Positions 45,446-57,911 of a DNA stretch of 64,000 nt are shown here, piece by piece. Source of the DNA: an uncultured Spirochaetaceae bacterium. GTDB lineage: Bacteria > Spirochaetota > Spirochaetia > DSM-27196 > SLST01. Made by a program: the position numbers and the translations under genes. The DNA is taken from positions 40,176-104,175 of the forward strand of contig CAZREG010000002.1 of NCBI GenBank assembly GCA_964599075.1, written 5' to 3'. Under the pieces are notes generated by a model, which did no database searches, was not told the DNA's origin, and saw nothing but the letters and a program-made list of their open reading frames with translations. Each line of letters starts with the position of its first letter. Within the stretch, counting starts at the first letter, position 1.

Positions 45446-46345
45446 TTACCCCTTTACGGCTCCACTGGTGAGCCCGCGGACCAGAAAGTTCTGGAGGAAC
45501 AGGTAGAGTGTGACAATGGGAACTGCGCCAATGAGGGCTCCGGCAGCAAAAACGCCCCATGATTCGCTATAATCACCGTTTCTTATAAACAGGGTGAGTC
45601 CCACCGCCAGCGTGAACTGTCGCGTGTCCTGCAGAATGATCTGTGGAATCAGGAAGTCTGAGTAAGCCGCAATGAATGAGAGCAACCCCACCACAGTGAG
45701 CACCGGTGTGACTACCGGGAGCAGGATACGCCAGTACACTTGCCAGTTGCTTGCTCCGTCCATCTTTGCAGACTCGTCAAGGCTCCGCGGGACGGTATCA
45801 AAGTAGCCTTTCATGAGCCAGGTGTTGATTCCCATCGCGCCACCGAGATAGACCAGGATGAGTCCACCATGACTGTTGAGTCCCAGCCACGGGACAAATA
45901 GCCCAAACGCCTGGATGAGCAGGAACGTTGCGACCATGGTCAGCGTGTTTGGAAACACCTGGATCAGAAACACGGAGAGTAACAGGCCACGTCTTCCCTT
46001 AAACCTGAAGCGGGAGAAGGCAAACGCGCTGATCGAACAGATAAGCACAGTGAGTGAGCTTGTCACTACCGCAATCTTCATGGTGTTCCAGAACCAGACA
46101 CCGTAGGGATGAATCTGACTGGAAAAGAGCTCGCGGTAGTTCTCCAGGCTTGCGCCGAGGGGAATCAGGCGCTGATTGGAAAGTGTGTTCCGCGGATCGA
46201 GACTGGAAGTCACGATCATGAGAACCGGCGTGAGGGCGAACACAATCGCAATCAACGCGAGCAGAAGCCGACCGCCAACCTCAAGCTGGCGTCTGTTGCG
46301 TACAAGCCATGGCACCGTGCTCTGCCGGGATGTTGGGCTAGACAT
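45446..46345 (-). CDS. Sugar ABC transporter permease (MalG-like)
   Basis: EAA-loop region DESAKMDGASNWQVYWRILLP. Six TM segments. Confidence 0.85.
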   Translation of the reverse strand: MSSPTSRQSTVPWLVRNRRQLEVGGRLLLALIAIVFALTPVLMIVTSSLDPRNTLSNQRLIPLGASLENYRELFSSQIHPYGVWFWNTMKIAVVTSSLTVLICSISAFAFSRFRFKGRRGLLLSVFLIQVFPNTLTMVATFLLIQAFGLFVPWLGLNSHGGLILVYLGGAMGINTWLMKGYFDTVPRSLDESAKMDGASNWQVYWRILLPVVTPVLTVVGLLSFIAAYSDFLIPQIILQDTRQFTLAVGLTLFIRNGDYSESWGVFAAGALIGAVPIVTLYLFLQNFLVRGLTSGAVKG

Positions 46346-47966
46346 TTTCAGAAACCTCCTCCCAGACCCGTGTGAATCGGAACTGGAGTGCGGTGATCGC
46401 CGTCAGAATGAGGAAGATCACGATCGTTATGGCCGAGGCGTATCCAAAGTCGGCGCCACGTCCACTGGCGAAGGCGAGGCGGAACACGTAGGTGATCAGG
46501 ATGTCCGTATGGCCGGCCGGTGTTGCGGCGCCGGCAATTGGTGGACCGCCCTGCGCGTAGATGTCAATAACCGTGAAGTTGTTAAAGTTGAAGGCGAATG
46601 AGGCGATCAGCAGCGGTCCAACCGCTACCAGCAGGAGCGGAAGGGTGATGTTCCAGAACTGAAGCAGCGGACCCGCTCCGTCGATCTTGGCTGCTTCGTA
46701 GACGTCTGTGGGAAGCGACTGCAGGGCGCCGGTGCAGATCAGCATCATGTAGGGAAAGCCGAGCCATACCTGCACAATGATGATGCCTACACGGGCCCAG
46801 AACGGGTCAGCAAGCCAGAGCGGGCTTGATCCGAAGAGTGATTCAAGGCTCTGGCTGATGATTCCAAAGTGCCGACTGAACATACTGCGCCAGATGTTAA
46901 CGCTGATAAATGCGGGAAGCGCGTACGGGATGATCAGCAGGCTGCGGATGATCTTCTTCCCCGGGAGTTTCGGATGGTCAAAGATGAGCGCAAAGAACAG
47001 GCCCATGCAAAATGCGAAGAGCACGCTCAGGAACGCGAACAGAAACGTCCAGACGAACACCCGCAGGAACGGACCACTGAGCGCCGGGCTCGTGAAGAGT
47101 CTGCGAAAGTTCTGCGTCCCAATTACCACGTAGTAGCCGGGTGAGATGGTTGATCCGTCAGGCGCCGTGAAGGTTCCGGCAACCGGCCGATACAGGGTAT
47201 CCTCCCGCATATCGCGAAGGGTGTCGGTATCCGGGTCGTAGACGTAGCGTTGCACGACCTGCTGAGCTGAATCGAGACTCTGCACTCGCGCAGTTCGTGG
47301 CGGCTGTCCAAACTCTCTGTCGCTGAGCTGATTGAGATAGCGAACAGCATCAATTCGACTGAGCCTCCGGAACCCTTCGATCTCAGTCGGGATCCCCTCT
47401 GAGTCGAGTGAACCAACTATGCCTTGTGCCTGGTCTCCCGGGACAAGCGCTGCGTCCTCTCTGGCGAGAAAGCTCCCCTGTTCGTTCTGAAGCCAGAGTG
47501 CAAAATCTCCTGACTCAGAGCGGTAGGCAGTCCAGCTGTACTCCGCGCTGCCTTCAGGCAGAAACGTACGGCTTTCCAACTGCCGGATGACCTGAGGCTT
47601 TGTGAGCAGGTGTCCGTCGCCATAGTTGGTAAACGCAACGTACACCGTGTAGGCAAGAGGATAGACAAGCATGATGATCATCAAGGCGAGACCGGGTGAG
47701 AACCATCGGAATGGATACGCCTTCTCGTAGAGAAACGCGATATTCAAGCCGACGGTGACAACAAAGACGAATCCTGCGAGGGGATAGCGTCCGTTGGCCA
47801 GCAGCGTCCAGATGAACAGCACCGCAAATGCATCCAGCAGGGCCAGCAGCCCAAAGCGGATGGCGATACGCACCAGGGTTCCTGCAAAGAACGGATGATC
47901 CGGTGGTTGCTGCTCTTCAACAGAAGAGGGCGCCGCAGCGCCCTCTTGTTTTTTTGTGGTCTTCAC
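46338..47966 (-). CDS. Sugar ABC transporter permease (MalF-like, with a large periplasmic loop)
   Basis: EAA loop YEAAKIDGAGPLLQFWNITLP. Long loop between the first TM segments, as in MalF. Confidence 0.85.
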   Translation of the reverse strand: MKTTKKQEGAAAPSSVEEQQPPDHPFFAGTLVRIAIRFGLLALLDAFAVLFIWTLLANGRYPLAGFVFVVTVGLNIAFLYEKAYPFRWFSPGLALMIIMLVYPLAYTVYVAFTNYGDGHLLTKPQVIRQLESRTFLPEGSAEYSWTAYRSESGDFALWLQNEQGSFLAREDAALVPGDQAQGIVGSLDSEGIPTEIEGFRRLSRIDAVRYLNQLSDREFGQPPRTARVQSLDSAQQVVQRYVYDPDTDTLRDMREDTLYRPVAGTFTAPDGSTISPGYYVVIGTQNFRRLFTSPALSGPFLRVFVWTFLFAFLSVLFAFCMGLFFALIFDHPKLPGKKIIRSLLIIPYALPAFISVNIWRSMFSRHFGIISQSLESLFGSSPLWLADPFWARVGIIIVQVWLGFPYMMLICTGALQSLPTDVYEAAKIDGAGPLLQFWNITLPLLLVAVGPLLIASFAFNFNNFTVIDIYAQGGPPIAGAATPAGHTDILITYVFRLAFASGRGADFGYASAITIVIFLILTAITALQFRFTRVWEEVSENV

Positions 47967-47968
47967 CG

Positions 47969-49180
47969 TTACTCCCCGGCAATCAGGCTTCGAATCTGCT
48001 GAGCAGCATTCTCGAATGCCGACTCGCCTTCCGCCTGTTCTTGCATGATCAACGTGACGGCGTCACCCCACGAGGTCCAGACAGCGGACATCTCTGGAAT
48101 CGCCGGCATAGGAAGTCCGACAACCCCAGCTTCACCGAATGCCGCGAGCTGTTCATTCTCCACCATGGCAAGTGCCGGCTCGTATGCCGGCGGTCTACCA
48201 CCGATTTCATAGATGCGGAACATAGGGTCGGTCTGCGCAACGAACTCAGTGAGGAAGGCCTGTGCCATCGGGATATTCTCACTGAACGCACTCACCATAA
48301 AACCCTGCACGCCCAAGAACGGCTGACCACCACCGGGGATGTTTGCTATCTCGAACGAGACGCCGGAAGCATTCAGCCGGTCGAGTGCCCAGGGTCCGGT
48401 GATGATCATTGCCGCCTGGCCGCCCTCGAAGAGCGAATGGTACGTGTCCCAGTCAACGCCTGCAGGAACAACGCCGTCGGTTACAGCGGTGTCGAGCCAC
48501 TCGGCCGCTTCGATCGAGCCCTCAGCGTCAATGCCAACGTCGGTCGGGTCATAGGTGCCGTCCGGGTTCTGTCCGAAGACGTAGCCGCCGAATGCGGTCT
48601 GGATGGGGAAGAAGTGGTACGGATCGCCTTCCTGACGGACGAACCCGTAGTCTGCGGTGCCTGCGCTCTGGATCTCACGAGAGAGCTCGAGGACCTCGTC
48701 CCATGTTGCCGGAACGCTGGAAACGAGCTCAGGATTGTAGAAGAACGCAACGTTCTCAACTGCGTAAGGCATGCCGTAGAGCTGACCGTCGTAGGTGAAC
48801 GCCTGGATTGAAGCGTCGGTGAACTCGTCTACTTTGTCTCCCAGCGAGATCGGAGAGACAATGCCACTTGCAACCAGCTCGCCAAGCCAGTCGTGAGCGC
48901 CAACAATGATGTCGGCTCCTTCGCCGGCGGGACCGGCAACCTTGATGTTGTCGCGGATGTCCCCAAAACCGAGTTGCTGGACGGTCACCGGGACGCCGTA
49001 GGTCTCAGTAAACTGTGCTCCAAGCTCCTCCATGACCGGAGCGCGCTGCTCGTCGGCCCAGACCACCAGCTCCGCATCATCTTCAATCTCAAACGCCGCC
49101 TCCGGTTCCTGAGGGCCGCACGCCACCAGGACCATAAGAAGGGCCATCGCGAGAAGTGCAATTACTGACAGCTTCTTCAT
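47969..49180 (-). CDS. Maltose/maltodextrin ABC transporter substrate-binding lipoprotein (MalE-like)
   Basis: Lipobox LVACG. Family-1 SBP pattern (VWADEQ..., [20 protein letters not shown]). GGAGG SD before ATG 49180. Confidence 0.85.
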   Translation of the reverse strand: MKKLSVIALLAMALLMVLVACGPQEPEAAFEIEDDAELVVWADEQRAPVMEELGAQFTETYGVPVTVQQLGFGDIRDNIKVAGPAGEGADIIVGAHDWLGELVASGIVSPISLGDKVDEFTDASIQAFTYDGQLYGMPYAVENVAFFYNPELVSSVPATWDEVLELSREIQSAGTADYGFVRQEGDPYHFFPIQTAFGGYVFGQNPDGTYDPTDVGIDAEGSIEAAEWLDTAVTDGVVPAGVDWDTYHSLFEGGQAAMIITGPWALDRLNASGVSFEIANIPGGGQPFLGVQGFMVSAFSENIPMAQAFLTEFVAQTDPMFRIYEIGGRPPAYEPALAMVENEQLAAFGEAGVVGLPMPAIPEMSAVWTSWGDAVTLIMQEQAEGESAFENAAQQIRSLIAGE

Positions 49181-49236
49181 AGATACCTCCATGTGCATCT
49201 GCACGTTTTGCTGTTGCTATGCAACGTATTGGCACG

Positions 49237-49265
49237 ATGGTAAACCGGTTTAGTGAATCGTGCAA
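49237..49265 (-). promoter_or_regulatory. Candidate sigma70-type promoter of the malE-led operon
   Basis: Minus strand TTGCAC-N17-TACCAT. The palindrome TAAACCGGTTTA overlaps the spacer and -10. Confidence 0.4.
49241..49252. promoter_or_regulatory. Candidate LacI-family operator (proximal)
   Basis: Perfect 12-bp palindrome TAAACCGGTTTA with a central CG. Shares the 13-mer AAACCGGTTTAGT with the site at 49310. Confidence 0.5.
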
Positions 49266-49308
49266 CATTTTTCTCGCCCGGCGTCGCGGGTTTGTGCAAC
49301 TTCTGGCA

Positions 49309-49322
49309 CAAACCGGTTTAGT
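49309..49322. promoter_or_regulatory. Candidate LacI-family operator (distal)
   Basis: AAACCGGTTT palindrome core, 68 bp centre-to-centre from the proximal copy. Confidence 0.45.
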
Positions 49323-49414
49323 AGGCAGAACCAGGCCAGAAAACACCACCGCTGAAATGATCTGTCCAACATCATGCAAGAATCGTGCAAGATCACGCCT
49401 GCAAGGAGGCCAGA

Positions 49415-50380
49415 TCAGGTGCCCAGGTGTTCGTCAAGTTTGCGGCGGCTGAGACCGTAGCTCTCGTCCGTCTCCACGTTGCCGATCGGCTCTACGTGTA
49501 CGAGCACGTCATACACGTTGGGGACGCTGTTACGAATCTGCTGCTCGGTCCGTCGTGCTATCTCGTGGGCATCGCGGATATTCATCTGGCCATCGACCTC
49601 GATATCAAGATCGATGATCATATAGCCGCCAATCTCACGGACACGGGTCCGATGCGGATGCTCGGCCCCGGCAACACGATCGACCGCGTCGAATATCTGC
49701 TGATACGTGGACGTGTCCGCATGTCCTTCCATGAGCTCGGTGTTCGTCTGCATGAACAACCCGAAGGCGACCCAGAGGATGTAGAGACTCACCACGAGCG
49801 CAGTGACAGTGTCTATCCAGGAGACCTGAAATAGTACTGAGAGGAAGATACCGGCAAGCACCGCTACCGAGATCACAATGTCACCCCGCATGTTCTTCGC
49901 ATCGGCGATCAGGACGGGACTGTGTATTCGCTTTCCCTCGGAGAACTTGTAGAGTGCCAGCGCGATTTTGCCGGCAATGCTGACCATAGTTGCGGCAAAC
50001 GCGACGGGCGAAGGAAGCCTCAGCTCTGCTCCAGAGATGAGGGATTGGACCGCTGAGATAGCGAGCTGAGCCCCGGCGAAGAAGATAAGAAAACTCAGTG
50101 CCTTTGTAGCAATGGTTTCGGCCCGACTGTGGCCGTAGGGATGGTTGACGTCCGGGGGCCGACTCATGACCCCTGCGGTCAGCACCGTTATCAGGGACGC
50201 GAGCACATCAAGGATCGAGTCAACTCCATCGCTAATGACAGCAGCACTATGAGCGAGGAACCCGGCCACGATCTTGGTCACCGCAAGAACCCCGTTGCCA
50301 ACGATCCCTACGTACCCGGCACGCCTGATTCGCGCCGTACGTCTCTGTGCAGCTATCATCTGCGATTCAGTCGCACCCAC
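49415..50380 (-). CDS. Cation diffusion facilitator family transporter
   Basis: CDF signature SAAVISDGVDSILDV, HPYGHSRAE, and a C-terminal cytoplasmic domain. Confidence 0.85.
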   Translation of the reverse strand: MGATESQMIAAQRRTARIRRAGYVGIVGNGVLAVTKIVAGFLAHSAAVISDGVDSILDVLASLITVLTAGVMSRPPDVNHPYGHSRAETIATKALSFLIFFAGAQLAISAVQSLISGAELRLPSPVAFAATMVSIAGKIALALYKFSEGKRIHSPVLIADAKNMRGDIVISVAVLAGIFLSVLFQVSWIDTVTALVVSLYILWVAFGLFMQTNTELMEGHADTSTYQQIFDAVDRVAGAEHPHRTRVREIGGYMIIDLDIEVDGQMNIRDAHEIARRTEQQIRNSVPNVYDVLVHVEPIGNVETDESYGLSRRKLDEHLGT

Positions 50381-50428
50381 CCCTTACGGTACACTCGCGC
50401 AGAGCTGCTGGTCAATCTTGCCACGTTC

Positions 50429-50457
50429 CTGACGGGGGGCGGCGCTTCTGTTATGAT
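50429..50457 (+). promoter_or_regulatory. Sigma70-type promoter of the FGE-ABM pair with leaderless geometry
   Basis: CTGACG-N17-TATGAT, then 6 nt (tatcct), then ATG 50464. No SD. Confidence 0.5.
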
Positions 50458-50463
50458 TATCCT

Positions 50464-51426
50464 ATGAGTGACAGCTGTTGTACCCCTGGGAGATCTAATC
50501 CGCGCCCAACTGCCCGACCCGATACCACTCCTGTTTGTGCCGCAGGCGTTCGACACCACGCGCAGACGCTGGTGCCACTCGCCGGAGGGAGTTTCCTCAT
50601 GGGCACGGATGATGAGGTCGGTTTTCCGCAGGACGGGGAGGGTCCGGTAAGAGAAGTCACCATTGACCCGTTCTCTATCGATCGACATCAGGTTTCCAGC
50701 CGATTGTTTGGAGAGTTCGTTCGGGCCACCGGGTACGTCACGGAGGCAGAGCAGTTTGGCTGGTCGTTTGTATTCTCTCTGTTTGTGAAGAAGAAGCATC
50801 TGCACAAGGGTATCGCGCGCAAGGTTCCCGGCCTGCAGTGGTGGTACGGGGTCAACGGGGCGTGCTGGTATCAGCCGGAAGGCCCCGGGTCCGGAATCGA
50901 GGAGCGGATGGATCACCCGGTGGTGCACGTGAGCTGGGCAGATGCGGTGGCCTACGCGAACTGGGCCGGGAAACGGCTGCCAACCGAGGCAGAGTGGGAG
51001 TTCGCTGCGCGGGGAGGGCTGGCTCAGAGGCGCTACGCCTGGGGAGATGAGCTGACTCCCGGCGGCACTCATATGTGCAACATCTGGCAGGGCGAGTTCC
51101 CGCGAATCAACACCCATGAGGACGGCTTTACTGGTACCGCGCCGGTTGACGCCTTTCCGCCGAACGGCTACGGACTCTACGGAATGGCGGGCAACGTGTG
51201 GGAGTGGTGCGCCGACTGGTGGAGTACCACCTACCACGTGGATGGGCCGCGAGAGAATCCTGCGGGACCGCCGGAGGGCAGCGCGAGGGTGATGCGAGGG
51301 GGCAGCTACCTCTGTCACGACAGTTATTGCAACCGGTATCGCGTGGCCGCCCGCACCTCCAATACCCCGGACAGCTCTACGGGCAATCTGGGTTTCAGAT
51401 GCGTAGCAGAACAGGAGGAACAGTGA
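50464..51426 (+). CDS. Formylglycine-generating enzyme (SUMF1/FGE family)
   Basis: HPVVHVSWADAVAYANWAGKRLPTEAEWEFAARGG, GNVWEWCADWW, and the catalytic Cys pair RGGSYLCHDSYCNRYRVAAR. Confidence 0.85.
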   Translation: MSDSCCTPGRSNPRPTARPDTTPVCAAGVRHHAQTLVPLAGGSFLMGTDDEVGFPQDGEGPVREVTIDPFSIDRHQVSSRLFGEFVRATGYVTEAEQFGWSFVFSLFVKKKHLHKGIARKVPGLQWWYGVNGACWYQPEGPGSGIEERMDHPVVHVSWADAVAYANWAGKRLPTEAEWEFAARGGLAQRRYAWGDELTPGGTHMCNIWQGEFPRINTHEDGFTGTAPVDAFPPNGYGLYGMAGNVWEWCADWWSTTYHVDGPRENPAGPPEGSARVMRGGSYLCHDSYCNRYRVAARTSNTPDSSTGNLGFRCVAEQEEQ

Positions 51427-51731
51427 TCGTCAGAATCATCACGGTTTGTGTGAAGCCCGGCTCGGAGCCGGCATTCGAGCGCGCAACAACGAGCAATCAC
51501 CGCGAGTCCATGAAGGAGGAGGGCGTTCTCCGGTTCGACGTTCTCAAAGACAACGATGTGCCGGGCACCTACTACCTCTATGAGGCATACACGGATACCG
51601 CGGCGACGATCGCCCATAAAGAGACCGAACACTACCACACGTGGAAATCTGCGGTGGGAGATCTTCTGGTCGGCGATCGGACAAGCGTTGCCTGCTCTGT
51701 AGTTGCGCCGACCGATCAGACGGCGTGGTAA
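51423..51731 (+). CDS. ABM-domain (antibiotic biosynthesis monooxygenase-like) protein
   Basis: About 100-aa ferredoxin-like fold pattern VKPGSEPAFE...EEGVLRFDVLKD...YYLYEAYTD..AIAHKETEHY. Its GTG overlaps the FGE stop (GTGA). Confidence 0.6.
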   Translation: MIVRIITVCVKPGSEPAFERATTSNHRESMKEEGVLRFDVLKDNDVPGTYYLYEAYTDTAATIAHKETEHYHTWKSAVGDLLVGDRTSVACSVVAPTDQTAW

Positions 51732-51743
51732 CGCATATTCGAC

Positions 51744-52781
51744 TCAGGAGAGCACGGAGAGTGCCTTCCCGGCGGCGCTGAGACCGGAGAGGACGGCTCC
51801 CTCAACGCGCGCCCCGGAAAACGCGTCTCCAGCAAGAATCACCTGCGGAGCGTTACTCAGCTCGATCGCTCCGTGTTTCAATGCGTTCACCGGCTGGCTG
51901 AATCGCCACTTCTTCAGCTGCGGCTCGACCGGCTCGAACGGCAGCACTCTCCGGGTTTCGCTTATCAGGCGCGCCAGAAGCTCATCGGAATCGTCTTCAT
52001 AGTGCTCACGGCTGAACTCCGCGGAGAAATGGACCGTCAGTGCCGGGCCCCGGTCGCTGACGCCCTTTTGCTGGTTGTCCGCAATCCAGTGGATTGCGCT
52101 GCTCGGGCGTCTGAGTACCCCTGTTTCCGGAAGCGATACGGCCTGTTCGGTGAAGGTCAGGAGCACCAGACAGGGGTCGTACTCAATGGCCGCAAACGTC
52201 CTCTGCTGTTCCTGGTCCAGCTCAATTGCGCCGTTTGCCAGCAGCGCAAGGGTCTGGGGCACCGGCGGGGTGAGAATAACCGATCGGGCGTGAAAGTCCG
52301 GGCCCTCAGTGGGTGTGACCCGCACGCCGTCACTTCGCAGTTGCACCGAAAGAGCCTGCACACCGAGTCGAACGTCAATGGACTGCGTTCCTGCAGCAAG
52401 GTGTTTGGGGATAGCGCTCATGCCCGGCACGCCGCGGTAGCGGGGGTGGCCGTCGCGCGCCGGCATGTGTTCGGCGGCAGACTCTCCCAGGATGCTTCCG
52501 TCTCCGGTGTGTCCGTCGCCAAACCCATCGGTCCAGTGCGTCGCCACTCCTGCTGCAACCCACTCATCCATGATCTGAGCAAACGCCTGCGACCGGACGG
52601 TCATGAACTGCGCACCGTGGTCGAAACGACCGCCGCCGTGGCGCCGGGTGGACATTCGACCGCCGGCGCCGCGCCCTTTGTCCAGGACCATAACGTCCCG
52701 GCGCTCGCGGGAAAGCTCGCGTGCGGCGGTGAGGCCGGCAAGGCCGGCACCAACAATGAGTATTTCAGCGTCTGTTTTCAC
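51744..52781 (-). CDS. NAD(P)/FAD-dependent oxidoreductase (renalase/amine-oxidase-like)
   Basis: N-terminal ILIVGAGLAGLTAARELS...VLDKGRGAGGRM dinucleotide-binding motif. Confidence 0.7.
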   Translation of the reverse strand: MKTDAEILIVGAGLAGLTAARELSRERRDVMVLDKGRGAGGRMSTRRHGGGRFDHGAQFMTVRSQAFAQIMDEWVAAGVATHWTDGFGDGHTGDGSILGESAAEHMPARDGHPRYRGVPGMSAIPKHLAAGTQSIDVRLGVQALSVQLRSDGVRVTPTEGPDFHARSVILTPPVPQTLALLANGAIELDQEQQRTFAAIEYDPCLVLLTFTEQAVSLPETGVLRRPSSAIHWIADNQQKGVSDRGPALTVHFSAEFSREHYEDDSDELLARLISETRRVLPFEPVEPQLKKWRFSQPVNALKHGAIELSNAPQVILAGDAFSGARVEGAVLSGLSAAGKALSVLS

Positions 52782-52786
52782 ACTGC

Positions 52787-55618
<2,832 letters not shown>

Positions 55619-55622
55619 CGCC

Positions 55623-56600
55623 CTACGAGATCCCGGTGAGCGCCTTAATGTACTGCAACCGTTCGTACTTCTGCGGCTCGCGGCTGTTCTTCTGGTTCAG
55701 CCTGCCACGGAAGCTCTCTACGCTCTCAAAGCTGTGCTTGCCCATCCAGCTGTCCAGCTCCCGAACCATCTCTCCTATCCGTTCGTGCCCGTGCCTGTAG
55801 ACGGTCGAGCAGACTTCGATTGCCGTGGATCCGGCGAGGAGCATTTTGACGACATCCTGCCCCGTATATACCGCGGTGGAGGCCGCCAGATCCAACTCCA
55901 CGTTGCCGGAGAGGATGGTGGTCCAGCGCAGCGGCATATGGATTTCTTCCGGCGCTGAGAACTGGTAGCCGCTTGCCAAGGCCATGTGTCCCACATCTAT
56001 ATCGAGCTGATAGAAGCGATTGAACAGGACCAGGGCATCCGCTCCCGCATCCTCGAGGGCCTGTGCCATGCCGGTCATGCTTGTAAAGTAGGGACCGATC
56101 TTGACCGCAACCGGCAGAGATGTCTCTCCCTTCACCGAGCGTACGATCTCCGTGTAGTACTCTTCTATCTCAACTGCCGGCTGCGCCCCACGCGGCATGA
56201 GCGCTATGTTGAGCTCAAGAGCGTCAGCTCCGGCGTCCTGCAGCTGTCTCGCATAGGTGACCCACCAACGAGGGGAGGTGCAGTTGACGCTCGCGATGAC
56301 CGGAATATCAACGGTGGCCTTCGCCTTCCGCACAAGCTCGAGATAGCCGCGCGGCCCGAGCTGCTTGCTCATCTCCGAAATGTACTCGGCCGCTTCCGGG
56401 TGGGCGCCCATATCGACCTCATCTCCGGCCTCACCGGTCTCATGGGCAATCTGCTCTTCGAACAGAGATTTGAGTACAACCGCGCCTGCACCGGCGTCAG
56501 CGGCTTTTCTTACCCCTTCCGCGGTGCTGGTCAAGTTTGAACTGGCAAGAACGATGGGATTCCTCAGAGAGAGTCCCATATACGTAGTGCTTGTTGGCAT
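55623..56600 (-). CDS. Dihydroorotate dehydrogenase-like TIM-barrel flavoprotein
   Basis: GLSLRNPIVLASS, ALELNI, and VAVKIGPYF patterns of the DHOD/DHPD family. Function not assignable. Confidence 0.65.
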   Translation of the reverse strand: MPTSTTYMGLSLRNPIVLASSNLTSTAEGVRKAADAGAGAVVLKSLFEEQIAHETGEAGDEVDMGAHPEAAEYISEMSKQLGPRGYLELVRKAKATVDIPVIASVNCTSPRWWVTYARQLQDAGADALELNIALMPRGAQPAVEIEEYYTEIVRSVKGETSLPVAVKIGPYFTSMTGMAQALEDAGADALVLFNRFYQLDIDVGHMALASGYQFSAPEEIHMPLRWTTILSGNVELDLAASTAVYTGQDVVKMLLAGSTAIEVCSTVYRHGHERIGEMVRELDSWMGKHSFESVESFRGRLNQKNSREPQKYERLQYIKALTGIS

Positions 56601-56695
56601 GTATACCTACTTCTGTTCGGTGGATGAACAGGGTTCTTTTCTGTAGGTTGGTAGTATACCTGCGGGGTATGGGCCCGGCAAGCAAGAAGGATGCG

Positions 56696-57883
56696 ATGGA
56701 CGAGCAACAGATAGTAATAATCGGCGCCGGAATAGCGGGGGTCTCGGCGACACGGACGCTTGTCGAGGCGGGGGCGGGTTCCCGCGTGACCCTGATCAAC
56801 GGAGAGAGCTCACTGCCCTACAAGCGCACCAAGCTGAGCAAACACATTGCCGACGGAATGAACGCGGAATCGTTCATGCTCGAGAGTGCCGATTGGTACG
56901 CGCAGAACGGCGTGACACTGAGAGGCGGAGTGACGGTTTCCAAGATAGATCGCGGGGCCAAAGTGATTGAGCTGTCAGATGGTACAACGCTCAGCTATGC
57001 AAAACTCATTCTGGCGACCGGTGCCCAGCCGCTCTATCCGCACGCGGTTGGCGAGCAGAGCCCCGACACCTTCCTTCTTGTTCGGTCTCAGGACGACATC
57101 CACGCCCTGCGTAAGCAGCTGAAGTCTTCCCGCAAAGTGCTTGTCGTGGGAATGGGGGTGCTTGCCGTAGAGGTTGCCGCACAACTGAAGCAGATGAAGA
57201 AGCAGGTCACCTTGGCCGGTGCGACACCGGTTCTTATGCCTCGGCATCTTAATCCGCAGGCAGCGGAGATTCTTGAAGGGCTGCTTCGCTCCCATGACAT
57301 TCGGCTCTGGTTCCAGGAGGAGGTGCTGAGCATAGAGAAGCGAAAGAAGGGCGGATACTCGGTACATCTGCTGCATGAGAACAGTCGGTTTGATTCGGTC
57401 ATTTTCTGCATTGGGGTCAAGCCGCGAACCTCACTCGCAGAGGCGGCGGGGCTCGAGGTTGCTCGCGGCATCCGCGTAAACGACCGGCTTCAGACGTCCG
57501 ACCCCGATATCTATGCCGCCGGCGACTGTGCAGAGCACGCCGACGGCTCCGTTACTGATCTCTGGCACGCAGCGGAGCATCAGGGATCTCTTGCGGCGCA
57601 AGAGGCTCTGGGCAGCGGGGTGAACTACGACGGGCTGCTCTTTCGTTTCAAGTGTGAGGTCTTTGACCACTACTTCTTTAGCATCAGCAAGCCGGAGAAC
57701 GCACTGACAGCAGACAGTCAAGAGTATCAGGACGGCAATCTGTACCAGTGCTTCTATTTTGATGATAATGGACTCTCAGGGGTGATCATGGTAAATGACA
57801 AGCCCCGGGCAAAAGAGTATCAGCAGGCGGTCCGCGAGCGCTGGTCACGGACCGAGGTGCTTGAACACTTTGATCGGACGTAA
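56696..57883 (+). CDS. FAD/NAD(P)-dependent pyridine nucleotide-disulfide-family oxidoreductase
   Basis: IVIIGAGIAGVSA (FAD), VLVVGMGVLAVEVA (NAD), AAGDCAEH. GAAGGA SD before ATG 56696. Confidence 0.75.
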   Translation: MDEQQIVIIGAGIAGVSATRTLVEAGAGSRVTLINGESSLPYKRTKLSKHIADGMNAESFMLESADWYAQNGVTLRGGVTVSKIDRGAKVIELSDGTTLSYAKLILATGAQPLYPHAVGEQSPDTFLLVRSQDDIHALRKQLKSSRKVLVVGMGVLAVEVAAQLKQMKKQVTLAGATPVLMPRHLNPQAAEILEGLLRSHDIRLWFQEEVLSIEKRKKGGYSVHLLHENSRFDSVIFCIGVKPRTSLAEAAGLEVARGIRVNDRLQTSDPDIYAAGDCAEHADGSVTDLWHAAEHQGSLAAQEALGSGVNYDGLLFRFKCEVFDHYFFSISKPENALTADSQEYQDGNLYQCFYFDDNGLSGVIMVNDKPRAKEYQQAVRERWSRTEVLEHFDRT

Positions 57884-57911
57884 GCGTGTCGGTGCTGCAG
57901 GAGGAGTTTTC

